Source: a virus. From it: a stretch of 64,000 bases of DNA. The stretch lies in the IMG/VR virus record IMGVR_UViG_3300025834_000005; one strand, written 5' to 3'. Below the pieces are notes generated by a model. That model ran no database searches. It saw only the letters and a program-made list of their open reading frames with translations, and was not told where the DNA came from. Numbering within the stretch: the first letter of the stretch is position 1; the number at the start of each line of letters is the position of its first letter. Of the stretch, positions 59,217 through 64,000 are shown piece by piece. The translations under genes were made by a program, and so were the position numbers.

Positions 59217-61766
59217 ATGACAAAAGAAAATGATTTGAAACCTATCTCGCCAGAGATTATAAAGGCAGCATCACTATCGTATTTTAAAGGCGATGCATTA
59301 GCGGCAGAAGTTTGGATGAATAAGTATTGCCTGAAAGATGAGAATAATTTTTACGAGTTATCTCCAGATGCGATGCACCACCGAATTGCCAGAGAGATCG
59401 CAAGGATTGAAAATAATTACCCAAATCCTGTATCGGAAGAAGCGATATACGATTCATTAAAGAATTTTATTAGGATTGTACCACAGGGAGGGCCTATGAG
59501 TGGCATTGGAAATAATCTACAAATCGTATCATTAAGCAATTGCTTTGTGATCGGAGATAAGGGTGTATCTGATTCATATGGCGGAATTTTGAAAATTGAT
59601 CAGGAGCAAATTCAGCTAATGAAACGACGTGGTGGAGTTGGACACGATTTATCGCACATCAGACCAACAGGTTCGCCAGTGAAAAACAGTGCATTAACAT
59701 CAACAGGCATTGTTCCGTTTATGACACGTTTTAGCAACTCAACAAAAGAAGTTGCACAAGATGGTAGACGTGGTGCTTTAATGCTCTCAATAGCTATTAA
59801 ACACCCAGATTCAGAGGCATTTATTGATGCCAAATTAGAAAAGGGTGAAATATCTGGAGCTAATATATCTGTTAAATTGGATGACGAGTTTATGAAAAGT
59901 CGCTATCTACCTAATGGCGAATTCGTTCAGCAGTACCCAATTAACAGTGAAAATCCTACTGTTACGAAGACTATTAACTCTAATAAACTGTGGGATAAGA
60001 TCATTCATAATGCTTGGAAATCAGCAGAACCTGGAATTCTGTTCTGGGATACCATTATAAAAGAATCTATTCCAGATTGCTATAAGGATTTTGGTTTCAA
60101 AACAGTATCGACTAATCCATGCGGTGAGATACCTCTCTGTCCTTATGATAGTTGCAGGCTTTTAGCTTTAAATCTATTTGGCTATGTTATCAATCCTTTC
60201 ATGCCAAATGCATCATTCGATTGGAAATTATTCAAGTCTGACGTTCGTTTAGGTATGAGATATATGGATGATATTATTGATCTTGAAATTGAAAAGATTG
60301 ATTCAATATTGTTGAAGATCGAAAATGATCCAGAAGATGCGTTTATCAAAATGTATGAAAAGAATCTTTGGGAGCAGATAAAAGCAATGACGATCAAAGG
60401 TAGACGTACTGGCTTAGGCATCACAGCAGAGGGTGATATGCTTGCTTCTTTAGGCTTACGTTATGGAACTGATCTTGCTAATGACTTCGCAGAAGAAGTT
60501 CAAAAAACGCTTAAATTAGAGGCTTATAGGGCATCTGTTGAAATGGCTAAAGAACGTGGTGCATTTCCTATTTATGACGCTAAGCTTGAAGAAAATAACC
60601 CTTTCATTGTAAGAATTAAAGAAGAAGATCCAGAGTTGTATGCCGATATGTTGAAATATGGTCGTAGGAATATTGCCGCATTAACAATCGCACCAACAGG
60701 AACAGTGAGTTTAATGACACAGACAACATCAGGTATTGAACCTTGTTTTATGCCAGTTTATATGCGTCGTAGAAAAATTAATCCACAGGAAAAAAATGTT
60801 CGTATTGACTTTACAGACTCAGAAGGTATTTGCTGGACAGAGTACCCAATCTTTCATCATAAATTTGAACTATGGTTAAAAATAAATGGCTACGATGTTG
60901 AAGCTGTTAAGCTTATGAAACCGTCAGAGGTTGAGGAGATTACAAAATTAAGTCCTTATTATCTCGCCACAGCTAATGATGTTGATTGGGTGAAAAAAGT
61001 TGAAATGCAGGGTAGATTACAAAAACATGTTGATCATAGTATTTCTGTAACGGTTAATCTTAAAGCTGACGCAACAGAAGAACTTGTCTCCAAAGTATAT
61101 GAAACTGGATGGAAAACAGGCTGCAAAGGTATTACAGTTTATCGTGATGGATGTCGTGATGGCGTTTTGGTTAGCGCAACCGATAAAAAGGAAAATGATA
61201 AGATCAAAGCATTCCATGATACACAAGCACCTAAGCGTCCAAAACGTTTAAAGGGTGATATTATTAGGTTCAATAATAATAGCGAAAAATGGATTGGTGT
61301 TGTAGGCTTAATCGATGGCAGACCTTACGAATTGTTTACAGGTAAACTTCAAAACGGATTAGCTTCGATTCCTGTTTATGTTAAAGACTGTGTGATTATA
61401 AAAATGAAATTAGCCGATGGGACATCACGGTATGATGTTGAATACACCGATAATGTAGGTGTTGCTCATATTGTTGAAGGCTTATCATATAAATTCCTTC
61501 CCGAATACTGGAATTATGCTAAGCTTGTTTCAGGTATTTTACGTCATGGAATGCCACTTATTTATGTTAAAGAATTGGTTGAGTCATTAAATCTTAATGA
61601 TGACAATTTGAATACATGGAAGAATGGCGTTGTCCGTATCATCAAAAGATATATTCCAAATGGTATAAAGGGTAAAGGTGTTTGTGATGTTTGCGGCGGA
61701 GACCGACTTGAATACGTCGAAGGATGCCTCACTTGTAAAGATTGCGGAAATAGTAAATGTTCGTAA
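59217..61766 (+). CDS. nrdJ: class II (adenosylcobalamin-dependent) ribonucleotide reductase
   Basis: STNPCGEIPLCPYDSCRLLALNL active-site loop. 849 aa. C-terminal CxxC...CxxC zinc ribbon (CDVCGG...CLTCKDCG). Confidence 0.8.
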   Translation: MTKENDLKPISPEIIKAASLSYFKGDALAAEVWMNKYCLKDENNFYELSPDAMHHRIAREIARIENNYPNPVSEEAIYDSLKNFIRIVPQGGPMSGIGNNLQIVSLSNCFVIGDKGVSDSYGGILKIDQEQIQLMKRRGGVGHDLSHIRPTGSPVKNSALTSTGIVPFMTRFSNSTKEVAQDGRRGALMLSIAIKHPDSEAFIDAKLEKGEISGANISVKLDDEFMKSRYLPNGEFVQQYPINSENPTVTKTINSNKLWDKIIHNAWKSAEPGILFWDTIIKESIPDCYKDFGFKTVSTNPCGEIPLCPYDSCRLLALNLFGYVINPFMPNASFDWKLFKSDVRLGMRYMDDIIDLEIEKIDSILLKIENDPEDAFIKMYEKNLWEQIKAMTIKGRRTGLGITAEGDMLASLGLRYGTDLANDFAEEVQKTLKLEAYRASVEMAKERGAFPIYDAKLEENNPFIVRIKEEDPELYADMLKYGRRNIAALTIAPTGTVSLMTQTTSGIEPCFMPVYMRRRKINPQEKNVRIDFTDSEGICWTEYPIFHHKFELWLKINGYDVEAVKLMKPSEVEEITKLSPYYLATANDVDWVKKVEMQGRLQKHVDHSISVTVNLKADATEELVSKVYETGWKTGCKGITVYRDGCRDGVLVSATDKKENDKIKAFHDTQAPKRPKRLKGDIIRFNNNSEKWIGVVGLIDGRPYELFTGKLQNGLASIPVYVKDCVIIKMKLADGTSRYDVEYTDNVGVAHIVEGLSYKFLPEYWNYAKLVSGILRHGMPLIYVKELVESLNLNDDNLNTWKNGVVRIIKRYIPNGIKGKGVCDVCGGDRLEYVEGCLTCKDCGNSKCS

Positions 61767-61784
61767 AAAAAGTTAAAAAAATCC

Positions 61785-61815
61785 TTGCTGATTTAAAAAT
61801 AAATAATTAAATTTG
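61785..61815 (+). promoter_or_regulatory. Bacteroidota sigma-A-type promoter
   Basis: cTTGct-N20-TAaaTTTG. Followed by a 5'-UTR hairpin gggtcta-N11-tagaccc. Confidence 0.6.
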
Positions 61816-61873
61816 CAGAGAATATTAACAAGGGTCTATCGTTAATTCGGTAGACCCATATTAAAAAAAGTAT

Positions 61874-62095
61874 ATGGCATTTAAACACATAACCGAAAAA
61901 GAACAATTAAAACTACAATCCTTTGAGGGACAGCAAGCAAAGATTATTGGAAATCATGTGCATAGTGGTGACATCGTGCAATGCTTGAAATTAGTAATGA
62001 CAGCTGTTGGCTATGGCTTACGTGTGGAAAATACAAAGGGCGATATCTATTATATCTTCAAGCCCAAACAACTGGAAAAATTAATTGTAAAATAA
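61874..62095 (+). CDS. hypothetical protein
   Basis: 73-aa ATG ORF. Confidence 0.55.
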   Translation: MAFKHITEKEQLKLQSFEGQQAKIIGNHVHSGDIVQCLKLVMTAVGYGLRVENTKGDIYYIFKPKQLEKLIVK

Positions 62096-62121
62096 ATAAG
62101 TAAAGTAAATAAATTGTAATT

Positions 62122-64000
62122 ATGTTAAGAACTGTAAAGATTTCGGATGGGTTTTATTTAAACGCCCAAAAAGTGGAAAAAGAACAAGTATTTGTTCAGA
62201 CGAATTCAACAAATCATATTTTTGTTGTTGACGTATCAGGCTCAATGAGTTATGAACTACCATTGATCAGGAAGCAACTAAAGAATAAACTGTCAACGGT
62301 AATGCGTGATGGCGATACTATCTCAATTATCTGGTTTTCGGGTGACAGAGAGAGTGGGATTCTTAAGGAAGAGGTCGAGGTTAAATCATTAAAGACATTA
62401 TCAGAATTAAATGATGCTGTTGATAAATGGTTGCAGCCTGTATGCTTGACAGCTTTCCGTAAGCCGTTAATTCTTGCCAAGGAATTGGTTGAGAGAGTTA
62501 AGAAAAATCGACCAAACACAGCATTCTCACTAATCTTCCTAACGGACGGTTATAACAATGACTGTAGCTGGAGTAGTGTTGTGGATGCATTGAATGATCT
62601 TACTGATGATATTTCATCATCGACATTTGTTGAGTACGGTTATTATGCTGACACTAAAAGGATTCAGGAAATGGCTGCTATTTTAGGCGGCGAGAAAATT
62701 AACACATCAGACTTTGATGAATTCGAACCGATCTTCGATAAGAAAATTTCAACAGGCGGTGGTACAACTAAGAAAATCAGCGTAACAATCGATTCGAAAA
62801 ATGCTTTATATGGGTTGGTTTATAGCTGCGATCAAGATGGCTCAATTATTCTGTATAATATCGTTGACGGAAAAGTATCTGTTAATGAATCTGTTAACAA
62901 TATTTATTTCTTCTCAGATGTTGCTAACACATCAGTTGCTCTAACTGGCGATGACGTTGACACTGCATTATATGTTGCTATTTACGTATTGTCGGATAAT
63001 CTACAGTACGACGAAGCTGAAAAATTGTTTATGATTCTTGGTGACTCTTATTACTATAAAGAGTTGATGGCTGCTTACGGTAAACAGAAGTTGAATAACT
63101 TCAAGATATCTATGAAAGCATGTATCACTGACAATAGATTTAGGTTTCCAAATGGCAAATCATCGATAAAAGCTGTTGATGACAATGCTTATTGTGTCAT
63201 GAATCTTATTTCAGACCTTGGAAAAATTGATAACTGCCTACTATTCACAGGACATAAAGATTTTGTTTATAACAGAATCGGTGCAAAACGAGTGGCGGTT
63301 GGTAGTACTCTTACAGAGGGCGAAAAGGAAAAATTGGCTAATGCTAAGAATGTTGCTGAAATGATTGAGATTAGTAAAGACCTTGAGAAAAACAAAGTCG
63401 ATCTTACATTCACCACAACAGACCCAAACGCTGGAAGTCCTTTAACCAATCTTGTTTGGAACGAAGAAAGAGCTAATTTATCCATCTTAGTGAAATATGA
63501 TGGTAACGTATCACTCCCAAAAAATGAGTTCGGAATTGAGAGCGTAGCAAGCTTTAAATACAATACATATACCGTTATTAAAGATGGTATCTTGAATGTG
63601 AAAAACTTGCCAGTTTCTTATTCTAAGGAACTTGAGACATTGTTAATTGCTAATGGCGTATCGTATTACAATGATTATTTTGAGGACGATTTCATTGACC
63701 CGATCAACCCAAAAAATTCTGTTGTTCATTACGAGCCTCAGTTCATTGTAATTGATCTCGCATCGCTTCCAATAGTAAACAGAGGAATGGTAAAAACTAT
63801 TTCAGCTAATGAGTTATCAAGGCTTGAATGGGAATTAACCAAACTTCAAGGTACAAAGAAGGTTGTTGACTATTACAGAGGACTCTTGTTTCCAAAAACA
63901 AGTAAATCATTCGCCGACATGGTTAGCCCTGAATGTGCTGAATGGCTTAAAACTATTGGAATCACTGATTACAATGGCTTTGCTCCTAAAAGCATGGCAA
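62122..64000 (+). CDS. von Willebrand factor A (vWA) domain protein, 3'-truncated by the window edge
   Basis: Open frame from ATG 62122 to the window end, absent from the track because it has no stop. MIDAS motif FVVDVSGSM, then IFLTDGYNN. Confidence 0.7.
   Translation, partial: MLRTVKISDGFYLNAQKVEKEQVFVQTNSTNHIFVVDVSGSMSYELPLIRKQLKNKLSTVMRDGDTISIIWFSGDRESGILKEEVEVKSLKTLSELNDAVDKWLQPVCLTAFRKPLILAKELVERVKKNRPNTAFSLIFLTDGYNNDCSWSSVVDALNDLTDDISSSTFVEYGYYADTKRIQEMAAILGGEKINTSDFDEFEPIFDKKISTGGGTTKKISVTIDSKNALYGLVYSCDQDGSIILYNIVDGKVSVNESVNNIYFFSDVANTSVALTGDDVDTALYVAIYVLSDNLQYDEAEKLFMILGDSYYYKELMAAYGKQKLNNFKISMKACITDNRFRFPNGKSSIKAVDDNAYCVMNLISDLGKIDNCLLFTGHKDFVYNRIGAKRVAVGSTLTEGEKEKLANAKNVAEMIEISKDLEKNKVDLTFTTTDPNAGSPLTNLVWNEERANLSILVKYDGNVSLPKNEFGIESVASFKYNTYTVIKDGILNVKNLPVSYSKELETLLIANGVSYYNDYFEDDFIDPINPKNSVVHYEPQFIVIDLASLPIVNRGMVKTISANELSRLEWELTKLQGTKKVVDYYRGLLFPKTSKSFADMVSPECAEWLKTIGITDYNGFAPKSMA

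Noticed and set aside
1-64000. Genome-wide TAG recoding (alternative genetic code) implied by the CUA tRNA
   Set aside because: All long structural ORFs are intact under the standard code. TAG ends at least two ORFs (2275-2277 and 56538-56540). Only the PTH2-like gene has an in-frame TAG.

Overview
This is an AT-rich 64-kb segment of a large tailed phage. The head module is distantly T4-like in order: split terminase, portal, gp21-type prohead protease, scaffold, major capsid protein. No tail sheath or tube gene is recognisable here. The window has three parts. (1) 0.1-26 kb holds nucleotide metabolism (ThyA, UvrD-like helicase) and head morphogenesis. The large terminase is broken by an intein with an embedded nuclease and an ATGCTGA stop/start junction. 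(2) 26-45 kb is about 19 kb of fibre, adhesin and depolymerase-like genes: HxH-repeat fibre, BspA/DUF285 leucine-rich repeats, two beta-helix proteins. (3) 46-62 kb is a translation island with 23 hand-folded tRNA or tRNA-like genes in arrays, three free-standing homing endonucleases, a PTH2-like peptidyl-tRNA hydrolase, class II RNR and a vWA protein. Two promoter classes are visible. Nine sites fit the Bacteroidota sigma-A pattern TTG-N19/20-TAnnTTTG, all in the 46-62 kb island, which points to a Bacteroidota host. A phage-specific motif (sense GTATTTATAwwAAA) sits 10-60 nt upstream of about 19 genes, mostly structural. The main finding is that each of the three tRNA arrays is preceded by the same unit: strong host-type promoter, short leader ORF, intrinsic terminator. 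The leader ORF codons match the tRNAs encoded downstream: PQHQPQQ before Pro/His/Gln tRNAs; an E/L/A/V/W/D-rich tail using all four Leu codon types before Asp/Glu/Leu x4/Val/Ala/Trp tRNAs; a K/Y-rich peptide before Lys x3/Tyr x2 tRNAs. Each leader also has a 7-nt segment next to its stop codon that is complementary to the terminator 5' arm. This looks like ribosome-mediated attenuation that senses tRNA supply. Second, a tRNA with anticodon CUA (amber suppressor) lies about 410 nt upstream of the PTH2-like gene, whose conserved N-terminus is only reachable by reading an in-frame TAG at codon 4. All tRNA folds, motifs and homologies were worked out by eye and need tool confirmation.
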